The position numbers and the translations under genes were made by a program. From NCBI GenBank assembly GCA_965237415.1, contig CBDEFM010000002.1:32001-96000 (forward strand): DNA of 64,000 nucleotides, written 5' to 3'. The first letter of the stretch is position 1. The number at the start of each line of letters is the position of its first letter. This document shows positions 10,205 through 21,503 of the stretch, piece by piece. The notes under the pieces are model-generated. The model was not told the DNA's origin, did no database searches, and worked only from the letters and a program-made list of their open reading frames with translations. This stretch comes from Alphaproteobacteria bacterium. GTDB lineage: Bacteria > Pseudomonadota > Alphaproteobacteria > UBA828.

Positions 10205-10933
10205 ATGACCCTGGAACTCTATCATTCTGACAAGTCTACCTGCAGTCAGAAGGTCCGTATTTGTTTGGCAGAAAAGGCGCTGGATTGGATCAACCGGCAT
10301 GTGGATTTGCCCGGTGGCGAGCATGTGTTGCCCGCCTATCTCGCACTCAATCCCAATGGCGTTGTGCCGACGCTTGTCCACGACGGAGCAGCAATCATCG
10401 AATCAACAGTGATCGGCGAGTATCTCGACGAGCTCTCCCCTGGCGAGCCGCGCCTGACGCCGGATGGCATTTTGTCCCGCGCGCGGATGCGGGTCTGGCT
10501 CCGCTATATCGACGAGGTTCCCTCTATGGCAATTCGGGTGCCGACCTTCCAGAAGATCCAGTTGCCGCGCTTTCAGAAAATGACAGAGGATGAGTTCGAC
10601 GACTTCGCCAACCGAAATCCCTTGCGGAAGCCGTTCCTCCGACGCATGGGCCGCAGCGGATTCAGCAAGGAGGACTACGACATGGCCATCGAGCAGTTGG
10701 AACAATCGCTCGGTCGGATGGAGGGCGCCCTTGGTGAGGGATCTTGGCTGGTCGGCGATCACTACTCCATCGCCGACATCTGCATTGCACCCGTGTTGCA
10801 GCGCATGGAGGACCTCGGCATGTCAGACATGTGGACAGCCAAGCGCCCACGAGTGAGAGACTGGTACGACCGGATAAGGGCGCGTTCGGCCTATCAGACA
10901 GCGTTCTATCCGGGATCCCGACTGGTTGTTTGA
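10205..10933 (+). CDS. Glutathione S-transferase family protein
   Basis: STCSQKVR, LNPNGVVPTL, ESTVIGEYLDE, YSIADI. Confidence 0.93.
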   Translation: MTLELYHSDKSTCSQKVRICLAEKALDWINRHVDLPGGEHVLPAYLALNPNGVVPTLVHDGAAIIESTVIGEYLDELSPGEPRLTPDGILSRARMRVWLRYIDEVPSMAIRVPTFQKIQLPRFQKMTEDEFDDFANRNPLRKPFLRRMGRSGFSKEDYDMAIEQLEQSLGRMEGALGEGSWLVGDHYSIADICIAPVLQRMEDLGMSDMWTAKRPRVRDWYDRIRARSAYQTAFYPGSRLVV

Positions 10934-10960
10934 CCGCCGGCTGTCCGGGATTCTCCGGCT

Positions 10961-11983
10961 CTAGGATATGCCGCCGCGGCTTCGGTATCGAGCGCCGATC
11001 GTCGCCAGGATGAGGACGGCGCCAGCAAATAGTTGTTGTGTGAAGGCAGGGGCGCCGAACATCAGAAGGCCGACGGTGCCCGTCTCGATGAGATAGACGC
11101 CGAGAACGGTGCCAAGGATGTGAAAGGTTCGGCGTGTCAGCGTAACCGAGCCGAGGAACGCCGCTGCGAACGCCGGGAGCAAGAACACGACGCCGAACTC
11201 CGGCGTCAGCGACGCTTGGCGCGCCGTATAGATCAAGCCGGCCAGCGCGCTCAGCACGCCCGCCATCACGAACGCCATCACCACTTGGCGCTCGACGCGG
11301 ATTCCGGACATTCGGCTCGCGGCACGATTGCCGCCGGTGGCGTACATGTGTCGGCCCGTCGCGGTATAGCGGAGCAGAATCGCCAGCGCGACCGCGCTTA
11401 CCGCCAAATAGAACACCGGCGCCTGCAGCCCGCCGAGCGACCAGCGGCCGAGGACCAGGAATGCGTCCGAATAGCCGGTGAATATCACGCGATTGTCAGT
11501 GATCCAGAGCGAGAAGCCGATGAGCAGGCTGGACGACCCGATCGTGGCGATCAACGCGGGAATCTGAAACTTGGTGACGAGAATCCCGTTAATCAGGCCG
11601 ATCAGAATGCCGCAGGCGAGCACGACGAGAATTACGAGGCCGAGGTGCCAGTTGGCCTGCGCATCGAGCACGGCGCCGAGCGAGCCGCCGAAGGACGCGG
11701 CGGCGCCGACCGACAGATCGAATTCGCCGACCACGAGGACGACGGTCAAGCCGCAGGTCAGGATCGCGAGGACTGCGCCGTTGTTCAGGATCGCCGTCAA
11801 GTTGTCGGTGGTCGGGAAATAGGTGGGCTCGGCGACGCCGAATCCGACGATCAGAAAGATGAAAAAGATGATCGGCGCGAGCGAGCCCAAGTCATAGCGC
11901 CGCCGCGCCGCGCCCAAGGCGTCCTGCCAGCCGCGCGATTCCGCGTTCTTGGTGTCGCTTTGGCGAACCGGTGGCGAGGTCAT
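10961..11983 (-). CDS. Sugar-type ABC transporter permease (RbsC-like)
   Basis: GEFDLSVG, IPALIATIG, GRHMYATGGN..SGI. Confidence 0.93.
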   Translation of the reverse strand: MTSPPVRQSDTKNAESRGWQDALGAARRRYDLGSLAPIIFFIFLIVGFGVAEPTYFPTTDNLTAILNNGAVLAILTCGLTVVLVVGEFDLSVGAAASFGGSLGAVLDAQANWHLGLVILVVLACGILIGLINGILVTKFQIPALIATIGSSSLLIGFSLWITDNRVIFTGYSDAFLVLGRWSLGGLQAPVFYLAVSAVALAILLRYTATGRHMYATGGNRAASRMSGIRVERQVVMAFVMAGVLSALAGLIYTARQASLTPEFGVVFLLPAFAAAFLGSVTLTRRTFHILGTVLGVYLIETGTVGLLMFGAPAFTQQLFAGAVLILATIGARYRSRGGIS

Positions 11984-13500
11984 TGCATGGCTGCCCCATC
12001 TTGCTCGCCGGTGAGCAGGAAATGAAGGATCGTATCCTTCGAGATGTCCTCTGCCTCGACCTCGCCGATCATTCTACCCTCATGCAACAGAAGCACCCGG
12101 TCGCATAACGCCTCGAATTCCTCGAGCTCCGAGGAGACCATGATGATGGCCACTCCCTCGCTGGCGAGGTTTCGAATGATGTCGTAAATCTGCCCTTTCG
12201 AACGGATGTCCACGCCATGAGTGGGCTCATCGAGCAGCAGGACGCGGATCGGCCCGGTGATCCATCGGGCGAAGATCGCTTTCTGCTGGTTGCCGCCCGA
12301 GAGCTGGGTCATGAGCGCGGTGATCGCTGGCATGCGCACATCGAGGTGTTCGGTCGATTTCTTTGCGGCATTCCGCTCCTCACGCAGGCTCAAGAGGCCC
12401 CGGCGCGTGAAGCGGCGGGCCCAGGGCAGAGTGACGTTCTGCCAAATCTGAAGCGACGCAACGTAGCCGTCCTGCTGGCGGTCCTCGGTGACGAGCGCGA
12501 CACCGGCGGCCAGGGCGTCTGCCGCATCGCGAAAGGTGCGCGGCTTGCCGTCTATCAAGATCTCGCCTTCGCTGAAGGGGCGGACTCCAAACAGGACGTG
12601 CAGCAACCGGCTTCGTCCGGAGCCTCCGAGCCCCGATACACCGAGTATTTCGCCTGCGCTGAGCTCGAAGGAGAGGTCATGCAGCCGTCCATCGCCGAGG
12701 CCCCGCACGATCAGCTTCGGTTCCCTGGCATCGGCCGGTGCCGACCTGCTTTTTCGTTGGAAGAGGTCGTCCATCGCCGTGCCGACGATATGGTGGGCGA
12801 TCTCTTTCTGAGTCAGCCCTTCGACGGGCAGCGTCACGACCCGCTTCCCGTCCCGCAGAACCGTCACGCGGTCGGCGAGCCGGAAGATCTCTTCCAGCCG
12901 ATGGCTGATGTAAATGATCGTGACGCCGCGATCGCGCACGGTGCGAATGACGTCGTGTAGGATACGAACCTCGGGTTCGGACAGGGACGCGGTGACCTCA
13001 TCGAGCACGAGGACACGAAGCCCGCGCTTGAGCGCACGCGCGACCGCGACGAGTTGACGCTCGTGAATGTGCAAGGTTTCGAGGGCGGCGCGGGGGTCAA
13101 CGGAGAGGCCGACTTCCGCTAGGTCCCGGCCCGCCGCGCGATGTTCGGCGCGCCAATCGATCAGCCCGGCGCGTCGTCGCTCGTAGGGAACCCCGAGCAA
13201 GAGATTTTCGGTGACGGTAAGGTTCGGAACAAACATGGGAATCTGATGCACGCAGCCGACGCCGTGCTTGATCGCTTCGCCCGGATGAGTGAACCGCACC
13301 GGATCCCCGTCCAGGACGATCTCGCCCGAATCGGCGATGTGATCACCAGCGAGCACGCGGATCAGGGTCGACTTGCCGGCGCCGTTCTCACCGACGAGGG
13401 CATGAATTTCCCCCGCAACAAAATCGACACTCACGCGGTCGACGGCGACCACGGATCCAAAGCTCTTTGTTACTTCGCGGAACGAGAGGAGCGGCGCCAC
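11980..13500 (-). CDS. Sugar ABC transporter ATP-binding protein (RbsA-like, two domains)
   Basis: GENGAGKST, LDEVT, LSGGNQQK, LDEPTHGVD; start codon uncertain. Confidence 0.93.
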   Translation of the reverse strand: MAPLLSFREVTKSFGSVVAVDRVSVDFVAGEIHALVGENGAGKSTLIRVLAGDHIADSGEIVLDGDPVRFTHPGEAIKHGVGCVHQIPMFVPNLTVTENLLLGVPYERRRAGLIDWRAEHRAAGRDLAEVGLSVDPRAALETLHIHERQLVAVARALKRGLRVLVLDEVTASLSEPEVRILHDVIRTVRDRGVTIIYISHRLEEIFRLADRVTVLRDGKRVVTLPVEGLTQKEIAHHIVGTAMDDLFQRKSRSAPADAREPKLIVRGLGDGRLHDLSFELSAGEILGVSGLGGSGRSRLLHVLFGVRPFSEGEILIDGKPRTFRDAADALAAGVALVTEDRQQDGYVASLQIWQNVTLPWARRFTRRGLLSLREERNAAKKSTEHLDVRMPAITALMTQLSGGNQQKAIFARWITGPIRVLLLDEPTHGVDIRSKGQIYDIIRNLASEGVAIIMVSSELEEFEALCDRVLLLHEGRMIGEVEAEDISKDTILHFLLTGEQDGAAMQ

Positions 13501-13561
13501 GCCGCCCCCATTGACCGCGTTTGACCCTCTAGTGGTAATTTGCTCGCCACCGCCGCCCGGT

Positions 13562-14710
13562 CTACCTCGCGGCGTCCCACATCTCCTTGTAACGCGCCTT
13601 GAAGTCGAAGCCCGGCCAGTACTTCTCACCGACCGGTGGCACGTTCGAGTTGTCGGTCAACTGAATCGGGAAGTCTGTGTTGACCCCGACCGGGGCGCCG
13701 TTCAACGCGCGATTGCACTCATCGATGCCCGCCCAGGAGACCCATTCGAGGCCCCAGCTGATCGTTGCAACCTGCTGCCCGCCGCCGCGTAACGAATCAT
13801 AGGCGACATCCTCACCGTCGAAGCTCACGCCCTTGATCTCGGTGCGCCCGCGCTGCTGTGCGGTTTGCAGAACCGGCCTCAGCACCTCGTCATAGGGGCC
13901 GATCACCCACTGGAAGCTGTCCTTGGGGTAGCGCGTGAGCAGCGCCTGGGTCTTGGTGACCAGGCCTTGCGCGCCCTGTACGAGCGAGAATTCCTCACGA
14001 TGGAGGATCTCGGTCGTCCCCCCACCATGCTTCTCGACATAGTCGATGAAGCCATCGGTCCGGACCGTGAGCTGCGGCAGCTGCGGGGCGTTGAGCACGA
14101 CGACCTTGCCGCCGCCGTTGGCGACCACATAGGCGCCGAGCAGTGCGCCGGCGGCCGCGTAGTCGAGACCGTAGCCAACGTCGCCGCCGAAATCGCGCGG
14201 ATCATCCGAAAAGCCCGTGACGAAGGCCACGCCCCGCTCCTTGCCCCGCGCGATTTGAGCACTGATGTCGCGTGCCGGACTGGCCAGCGTGAGGACGCAT
14301 TTCACGTCTCTGTTGATAGCGACGTCGACCGCTTTCTGTGCGGTCGCTGGGTCCCCCTGGGTGTCGATCGAGAACGCCTCCCAGCCGATCGCCTCTGCCG
14401 CGTCCTTCGCCTTATCGAAGAGATACTTGCACACGACAAAAGCCATCGGGCAGGGCATCACGGCAACGGTCACACCTTCGACCGGCGGGGGGGAGGAATC
14501 GGCGCCGGTCCAGAACACACCGCCCTCCTCCAGGGGGCTGCGCGACATCTTGCTCAGCAGCCCCGCCTCGACAACCTTCTTCGCGTAGGCAACCGCATCC
14601 GCCGCCTCATCGCTTCGCGCATCCGGCGCCAGCGCGAACACGAACGCGCAGACCGTCGCGACCGCTCCCAGCCGGCGAACGATCCTAGTGTGGCTCTTCC
14701 TCAATGACAT
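13562..14710 (-). CDS. Sugar-type ABC substrate-binding protein
   Basis: Signal peptide, periplasmic binding protein type 1 pattern, operon position. Confidence 0.85.
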   Translation of the reverse strand: MSLRKSHTRIVRRLGAVATVCAFVFALAPDARSDEAADAVAYAKKVVEAGLLSKMSRSPLEEGGVFWTGADSSPPPVEGVTVAVMPCPMAFVVCKYLFDKAKDAAEAIGWEAFSIDTQGDPATAQKAVDVAINRDVKCVLTLASPARDISAQIARGKERGVAFVTGFSDDPRDFGGDVGYGLDYAAAGALLGAYVVANGGGKVVVLNAPQLPQLTVRTDGFIDYVEKHGGGTTEILHREEFSLVQGAQGLVTKTQALLTRYPKDSFQWVIGPYDEVLRPVLQTAQQRGRTEIKGVSFDGEDVAYDSLRGGGQQVATISWGLEWVSWAGIDECNRALNGAPVGVNTDFPIQLTDNSNVPPVGEKYWPGFDFKARYKEMWDAAR

Positions 14711-15161
14711 TCTGTGCCTCCTCTGGTGATGCGGCGTGCTTGCCTATTGTTGTGGTATTGGGCGCAGATTGTGGCGTTCGACGCAGAGCCGTCATGTGCG
14801 CCGATTGACTGGAGCGGAGGTCCGTAAGACGGCGGCGGTAGGCGGGCGTCATCTGCTCCCGGTCCCACACATGGGCATAGTCGACGCGGACCTCCACGCT
14901 TCCGACACCGGGCAGCGACGCGAGTTCGCGCTGGGCCGCCTGTTGGAATACCGCACCCATCATGCATCCCGGCTCGGTGATGAAGAGCGTCAGGTCGATG
15001 TGAGCACCCGCCTGCCCCTCTTCGATGATCAGATCGCCGACCAGGCCCATCGAAACCAACCCTGCCGGTGCGCCGGCGGCGGCGCTGCACGGATCGACGA
15101 TCGTCTCGAGGCGAGCCCGGATTGCGCTCCGCAGCGCGGCGATGTCGCTCTCAGTCGGCAT
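14685..15161 (-). CDS. DUF59/MIP18 (SufT/PaaD-like) metal-sulfur cluster assembly protein
   Basis: IVDPC..LVSMGLV..TEPGC..W...M pattern. Confidence 0.8.
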   Translation of the reverse strand: MPTESDIAALRSAIRARLETIVDPCSAAAGAPAGLVSMGLVGDLIIEEGQAGAHIDLTLFITEPGCMMGAVFQQAAQRELASLPGVGSVEVRVDYAHVWDREQMTPAYRRRLTDLRSSQSAHMTALRRTPQSAPNTTTIGKHAASPEEAQNVIEEEPH

Positions 15162-16221
15162 GCATCCTCAACCCCGACCACGGCTCGACGAGTGCGCGTG
15201 GCTTGCCGCAGCCATCGCCGGCGGTCTCGCCGCCGAACGCGTCGACGTCGATGCCCAGCAGCCTCGCTGCGTTCAGGCCGAGGATGCCGCGCTTGACCTC
15301 TTCGGTGAGTGGTGGGAAGCCGTAGCCTTCCATCAAGTCCTCTGGCATCTCCAAATTCCAGAAGGCCTCCTCGTACCAGCGGGAATGCACGACCGCGCCG
15401 CCAATCGCCCACAAGATCCGATCGGCGGCGCCGGCAGACATCAGGTTGCCGATGATCTCGAGAAACTTGCGCGGCGCCTTGGCGAGTAGCGCTGTGGTGC
15501 CCTCGGTACTCACGGTGATGTTGGGATGCCACATGAGGAGCGCCATCGTCTCCTCCATGAAGGCGAAGCCGCCGTGGACGATCTCGAAGGTCAGGTCCGG
15601 GAAGGCCTTGGCGGCCGTGCCCACCTCGAACGGCCTGTAAGGCTCGATCGGAACCGGCCCCATGACGATCGCCTTGTGCAGGGCGACGGTGCGTATCCCG
15701 TGCCTTTGAACGCGTTCAAAGATAGGGAACAGGAGCTTCTCGTCGTCGATCCTGATGCTGCGAAGCTCGCCCGCTACGACATCATGAGGATACAACTTGA
15801 TGCCCGAGACCTCGTGCTCCTCGACCAACTGGTCGACGCGCTCCAGCGCACCCGGTTGGTGCGGCGAGATTCCGCCATAGAGGAAGACGCGGCCGGGCCA
15901 ACGCCGCCGCATCTCCGCGCCGACCGAAAGCGGCGAGCCTCCGTCTTTGAAATAGCCGTAGAGTGGCAGCTCGTGATAGATCGTGGCGTCGGTGTGGCTC
16001 TCAGCGAAGAGCACTTGGCCGGTTAACCCCGCGTTGCAGATTCGAGTGTTGAATGTCTCCTCGTCAAGGATCAGGTCATCGCGCCCTTTCGGCGCGAAGT
16101 GGCGGTGGAACTGATAAACGCCCGTCGAGATGCCGTCCGCGTAGGGCTGTCCGATGCGATTCTCCGGGTCGAAGCTGTAGGCATGGCAAATAGCGTCGAG
16201 CACGAAAACGTCGTCGAGCAT
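15151..16221 (-). CDS. Amidohydrolase_2 family metallohydrolase
   Basis: DAICH, GIKLYP, VALHK, FEIVHGG, DRILW, ILGLNAARL. Confidence 0.9.
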   Translation of the reverse strand: MLDDVFVLDAICHAYSFDPENRIGQPYADGISTGVYQFHRHFAPKGRDDLILDEETFNTRICNAGLTGQVLFAESHTDATIYHELPLYGYFKDGGSPLSVGAEMRRRWPGRVFLYGGISPHQPGALERVDQLVEEHEVSGIKLYPHDVVAGELRSIRIDDEKLLFPIFERVQRHGIRTVALHKAIVMGPVPIEPYRPFEVGTAAKAFPDLTFEIVHGGFAFMEETMALLMWHPNITVSTEGTTALLAKAPRKFLEIIGNLMSAGAADRILWAIGGAVVHSRWYEEAFWNLEMPEDLMEGYGFPPLTEEVKRGILGLNAARLLGIDVDAFGGETAGDGCGKPRALVEPWSGLRMHAD

Positions 16222-16506
16222 CTAGCGCTTCCTTTCGAAAAGGAGGTTGGTCCGCATCGACCCTTCAGGGCTGGTGGCGACCGCGAACCCAGCCGTGGAT
16301 TGGACGGCTAGGCGCTGCAACCCGCTCCGATGGACAGCGCGACGTCTCCCATGCGCTGCGTGGACACGATGGACACGCAGCGCCACTGTGCACGAGGCGG
16401 CGATTCGCCAACGGTCCGGATCCATCGCCCGTCTCCAGCCGCAGCCAGCCGCAGTCACCTTCTCCGAAGGTAAGTCTAGGCGGCCAGCACAGCGTTGTCC
16501 ATCATA

Positions 16507-16855
16507 TGTCCTCGTTCAGGACCTATGAGACGGCTGGGTCTCTTGGGCTGTGTGTTGGGCAAGGTATTCGGCCGAGGTTTGTCCGCCGGGGGCCTGGCGG
16601 GGCCTGAATATGTTGAACTCGTCGGCGAAGGCGCCGATCCATCGGTTGATGCCCTCGAAGTTGTCGATGGGAAGCTCCCATGTGGCGTAGAACTCGTAGC
16701 GCCAGGCGCCGTTGTTGCGCTCGACGTGGCCGTTGAACTGGAGAGATCGGGGCGGCAGTTCGAAGAGCTCGATGCCGCGCCTTGCGCATTCGGCCTCGAA
16801 GTCGGCCTTGAACTCCGATCCGCCATCGACCTGGATGACCCTGATGGGGAACCAA
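16507..16855 (-). mobile_element. IS481-type integrase-core transposase C-terminal fragment
   Basis: IQVDGGSEFK..PPRS..NGHVER..N..RP; TGT terminus at 16507. Confidence 0.75.
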
Positions 16856-17308
16856 TCCCGGACGTGCTCGACGGCGATGGCGTCCACGGTCATGCTCCCG
16901 AAGGCGGGCAGGATGTACCTAATACACCATGTAGGTGTTGGTCTCCAGGGTCCGGGGCTTCCAGTGCCGGGCCTGGCGTTCGAGGAACTCGGCGGCGAAG
17001 GCGTGCATCGGCCGCCCCGGCGTCCTCGGGCCGCCGTCCTTTTTCGCCGTGTCGAGAAAGGCAGCGATCAGCTTGCGGGCCTCGCGCCGCGCCTCGGGAA
17101 CGGCGAGGGTGTCGGCGCTGCCGATTGTGGCGTAGCGCCTGCGCCCGCGCGTCATGCGGTCGAGGGCGAAGCTGCGCGCTCCGCTCGGGAAGACGCGCAG
17201 GAACAGGCCCGGGACTACGTCGTCCCGGATGCCGTAACGCCTCGCGCGAGGCTTGGCGGCGCGGACGCACCGGGCGAAGGTGGATTTTCGATTGTCGGTC
17301 ATGGGCAA
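16850..17308 (-). pseudogene. Tyrosine integrase N-terminal (arm-binding) fragment
   Basis: AKPRARRYGIRDDVVPGLFLRVFPSGARSF..ATIG..EARREARK; frameshifted and truncated. Confidence 0.8.
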
Positions 17309-17566
17309 CGGCTCCTGTCTCGGGCCGCGCGACCGGGCGGTAGTACAGGAAGCGGCCGCGGCGGCGTTTCGTCGAGGAAGCCGAGCGGCGGGGCGGGGCG
17401 GGGCGAGCCGTAAGACTCTGTAGCTACGGGGTTTTCCGTCCGTTTAGGCGATGGCGGACACTGACCGGAAGTGCATCAACGATGCGTGGGTTGCGATACC
17501 AATCGCCTGGCGTGATCCTCGCCGCCTTCAGCCGATCGCCCAACGAAGCCCGACCACTGTTCCATC

Positions 17567-18855
17567 GTATCCGTTCCGTCAGGCCGTGGAACGGTGGGTG
17601 GACAGGAGTGGTAGGCGTCCGCTGAGGAAGGTGATTGGCTCGCTGTGCACGCTGGCTCCATTGGGCGGGCGGAGGATTCCACGGCGTGGCCGAACGGTTA
17701 TCGCGCCAGGCGAAGCCCTGGAGAGGAGGATGACATGAGCTGAAACCTCTCGTAGCGATCCAGCGGGTACGACTCCCGCCCGGCAAAGGCGCAGCCCGCC
17801 AGCCGGAAGCGAGTCTTGCATGGCGTGCGGCAACGCCCGTCGTGAAGCGTAGACAGCAGGTGATGAAGCGCCGCGGTAAGCCTCGAAATCGTAAATGATG
17901 ACGCCTTCATTGTTAATCGTGTGTGGGCAGCACCGGAAGCGCCGCTAATGGCGAGGCGCAACGGGACGTCCGGGGTCGTGGACCGGCGCAAAGTCACGGG
18001 ATGGACCGCCAGGGAACCTGGGAGATCCTGCTCTTGCCCGTGGGCAAGATCGCTGGAAAGGGGACGGCCAGTGTGAACAATCCAGACCCCGGCCCGTCGT
18101 CAGGTCTGCATGGCGGCGGGAGCGCCTTGGCGAACACGAACCCCGGCAGACGCCTGCGGAGCCGGCTGGCGAAATCAATAAGCCGAAGGACATGCAGGAG
18201 CAGGAAGTCGTAGCGCTCTGATAGTACCGCTGAAGGCGGGGAACCGTGGCCATCGGGACCCGCTCGAGGGAAGCGGAGCGTCATCTGCACAGACCCACTG
18301 ATGGGAAACGCTGGAGGAAACGCTGAGTTCCACCAACACGTACACGAAACAGCAGTGGATAGCCGAACAGGCGAGGGAGCATCCGGACCGGGTGTTCACG
18401 TCACTGCACCACCTGATCGACATCGATTGGGTGTCGGAGGCGTACCGACGGACGCGCAAGGATGGCGCGACGGGCATCGACGGCGTGACGGCTGCCGACT
18501 ACGCAAAGGACCTTGAGGCCAATCTCGAAAGCCTCCTGAGCCGGATCAAGTCGGGCAGCTATCGCGCGCCACCGGTGCGCCGCCACTACATCCCGAAGGC
18601 GGACGGCACGAAACGCCTCCTCGGCATCCCGACGTTTGAAGACAAGGTGGCGCAGCGGGCGATCCTGATGCTGCTGGAGCCGATTTACGAGACGGACTTT
18701 CTGCCGTGCTCGTACGGCTTCCGGCGCGGACGGTCAAGCCCACGATGCCCTCAGCGCATTGCGCACGGGCATCATCGAGCAGCGCCAGCGGTGGGTGATC
18801 GATGCCGATATCTCGAAGTACTTCGACTCGATCACACACTCCCACCTCCGGTCAT
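17567..18855 (+). mobile_element. ltrA: Truncated group II intron (class E-like RT), 5' ribozyme plus partial RT; 5' boundary approximate
   Basis: [51 protein letters not shown]. Frameshift near 18738; ends before YADD. Confidence 0.85.
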
Positions 18856-19352
18856 CCCGGTGATGACGCTGCGCCGCTGGCGGCAGTGGTGGCAAGAGAC
18901 ATTACCGGCGACGCCGGCATGGCGCTGGAAGCGGGGCGAGTTGGCAACGCCGCCCGATGAGGCGCCGCTGGTCTATCTGCTGCGTTCCATCCGGGGCCGG
19001 ACCCTGCGCTCGCGGCTGCTGCGGAGCCTGATCTGGCTTCTTCCGTGGACTGGTTTTTGCGCGCTCGGCGATGGCCGGGCGCGGCCCGCAGAAAGCGTTT
19101 CTGTCACGATCGCGTAGGGCGTTCTACACCGCGTCTTCCCGGACACCGGCCAGGGAGAGACGCGGTCATGGGCAGTGACAACGGCAAGGGCGACCGCGAC
19201 GGGTGGGCGCGTCTGCGCTTCGCGGTCGTCGGGCCGCTTCTGGCCTCGCCGCCGCCCAAGGGGCGGTTGCGGGCGGAGCTAGAGCGGCTGGCGCAGCAGA
19301 GCTGGGAACATCCCACCAGCGGCGGGCAGGTGCGCTTCTCGGCCTCGACGAT
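18856..19352 (+). mobile_element. Fragment of a DDE/Mu-like transposase element (accessory ORF end plus transposase start)
   Basis: TLRRWRQWW.. then MGSD..WARLRFAVVGPLLASPP..WEHP..VRFSASTI, abruptly joined to IstA. Confidence 0.55.
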
Positions 19353-20327
19353 CATGTGCATGCCTTCGCCTTCTTCGGCGGGGTTCCGCAATCGGTTCTC
19401 TACGACAACGACCGCTGCCTGGTGTCGCGCATTCTGGCGGACGGGACGCGCAGGCGGGCGCGGCTCTTCGGCGGGTTCCTGTCGCATTACCTCGTGCGCG
19501 ATCGTTACGGGCGCCCGGGCAAGGGGAACGACAAGGGCGCGGTGGAGGGTCTGGTGGGCTTTGCCCGGCGCAACTTCATGGTGCCGCTTCCGCGCTTTGC
19601 CGGCTGGGAAGCGTTCAATCTGCGGCTCGAGGAGCAGTGCCGCCGCCGCCAGGGCGATATCCTGCGCGGGCACCGAGAGACCATCGGGGAGCGCCTGGTG
19701 CGGGATCTGGAGGCCATGTCCGCGCCGCCGGCGGCGCCCTTCGAGGCCTGCGCCCAGGCTCCCGGACAGGTCAGCTCGCAGTCTCTGGTCCGTTACGAGA
19801 CCAACGATTACTCGGTGCCGGTGGCCTATGGCCATCGCGACGTCTGGGTGCGCGGTTACGTCGACCGGGTGGTGATCGGCTGCGGCGGAGAGGTCATCGC
19901 CCGCCATCCCCGGTCCTATGAGCGTGAGGACACGATCTTCGAGCCGATCCACTATCTGCCCCTGATCGAGCAGAAGATCGGCGCGCTGGATCAGGCGGCG
20001 CCTCTCGCCGGATGGGACCTGCCGCCCGCGTTCCAGACCCTGCGCCGCCTGATGGAGGCGCGCTCGGGCCGGGCGGGGCGGCGGGAGTATGTGCAGGTCC
20101 TGCGGCTGCTGGAGAGCTTCGGGCTGGAGGATCTCGATGGCGCCGTGAAGGACGCCCTGCGCCTGGGCGCCATCGGCTTCGACGCGGTCAAGCATCTGGT
20201 GCTGTGCCGGGTCGAGAAGCGCCCGCCGAAGCTCGACCTCGACGTCTACCCGTATCTGCCGAAAGCCACTGTCGGCAGGACCTCGGCCGCCAGCTACATG
20301 TGCCTGCTGTCGGAGGACGCGGCATGA
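19353..20327 (+). pseudogene. istA: IS21 transposase, 5'-truncated
   Basis: HAFAFFGGVPQSVLYDN..GNDKGAVEGLVGFARRNF..YSVP. Confidence 0.9.
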
Positions 20328-21088
20328 CGGACAGACCCCAAATCCTGCTGGCACACCACCTCAAGACCCTGAAGCTGCCGACCTTCCTGCGGGAATACGA
20401 GAAAGTGGCGCGCCAGTGCGCGGCCGAGGCCCTGGATCATGTTCAGTTCCTGGCCCGGCTGGTGGAGCTGGAACTGATCGATCGCGAACGGCGCATGGTC
20501 GAGCGGCGCATCAAGGCAGCGAAGTTCCCGGTCGCCAAGAGCCTCGACAGCTTCGACTTCAAGGCCATCCCCGCGCTGAACAAGGCGCAGGTGCTGGAGT
20601 TGGCGCGCTGCGAGTGGATCGAGCGGCGCGAGAACGTCATCGCCCTGGGCCCGAGCGGCACGGGCAAGACCCATGTCGCCCTGGGGCTCGGGCTGGCCGC
20701 CTGCCAGAGGGGCCTCTCTACCGGCTTCACCTCGGCCGCCGCGCTCGTGCACGAGTTGATGGAAGCCCGCGACGAGCGCCGCCTCCTGCGGCTCCAGAAG
20801 CAGATGGTCGCCTGCACGCTGCTAATCATCGACGAGTTGGGCTTCGTGCCGCTGAGCAAGACCGGCGCCGAGCTTCTGTTCGAGCTGATCTCGCAGCGCT
20901 ACGAGCGGGGCGCCACGCTCATCACCTCCAACCTCCCCTTCGACGAATGGACCGGGACCTTCGGCTCCGAGCGCCTGACCGGGGCGCTGCTCGACCGTCT
21001 CACCCATCACGTCAACATCCTCGAGATGAACGGCGACAGCTACCGCCTCAGCCAGAGCCGCGCCCGCAGAAACAGCGCCGATAGCTGA
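20324..21088 (+). CDS. istB: IS21 helper ATPase
   Basis: GPSGTGKTH, LLIIDELG, TSNL, LLDRLTHH; right end ...GGCGTTGACA at 21356. Confidence 0.95.
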   Translation: MTDRPQILLAHHLKTLKLPTFLREYEKVARQCAAEALDHVQFLARLVELELIDRERRMVERRIKAAKFPVAKSLDSFDFKAIPALNKAQVLELARCEWIERRENVIALGPSGTGKTHVALGLGLAACQRGLSTGFTSAAALVHELMEARDERRLLRLQKQMVACTLLIIDELGFVPLSKTGAELLFELISQRYERGATLITSNLPFDEWTGTFGSERLTGALLDRLTHHVNILEMNGDSYRLSQSRARRNSADS

Positions 21089-21503
21089 ACTCCGGCGCGC
21101 CACCGATCGGCCCCGGCCGGCAACGCGCCTCTAAGGCCCGGGTGGCGAGACTGACCCCAACCCGACAAACCATGCCGCCCTGCGGGCGGGCGGCGGGCGC
21201 GGACCGCTTGAGCTCTGCATGGCTCCGCTGCCCGCTCCCGCCGAAAAACCCTCGCAACGCGTCTCCGAATCCCAGTCTCACGCCAAGCTCAGCCCACCAG
21301 CCCAGGTGGCAGTCTTTTGCGCCGCCCTCTGGCCGAATCTTCAACCGGCGTTGACAACAGCCACACCACGATGAACAGCCTACACTGAGCCTTACTTCAG
21401 TGCCAGATGACTAGTCCCACGCCGTCGTGGGCGGCATAGTCCGTGAGCTTCATCGCCATATCTCCCGATCGCGGCTCCGTTCAGACGCGCGTGCGCGGCT
21501 GCC

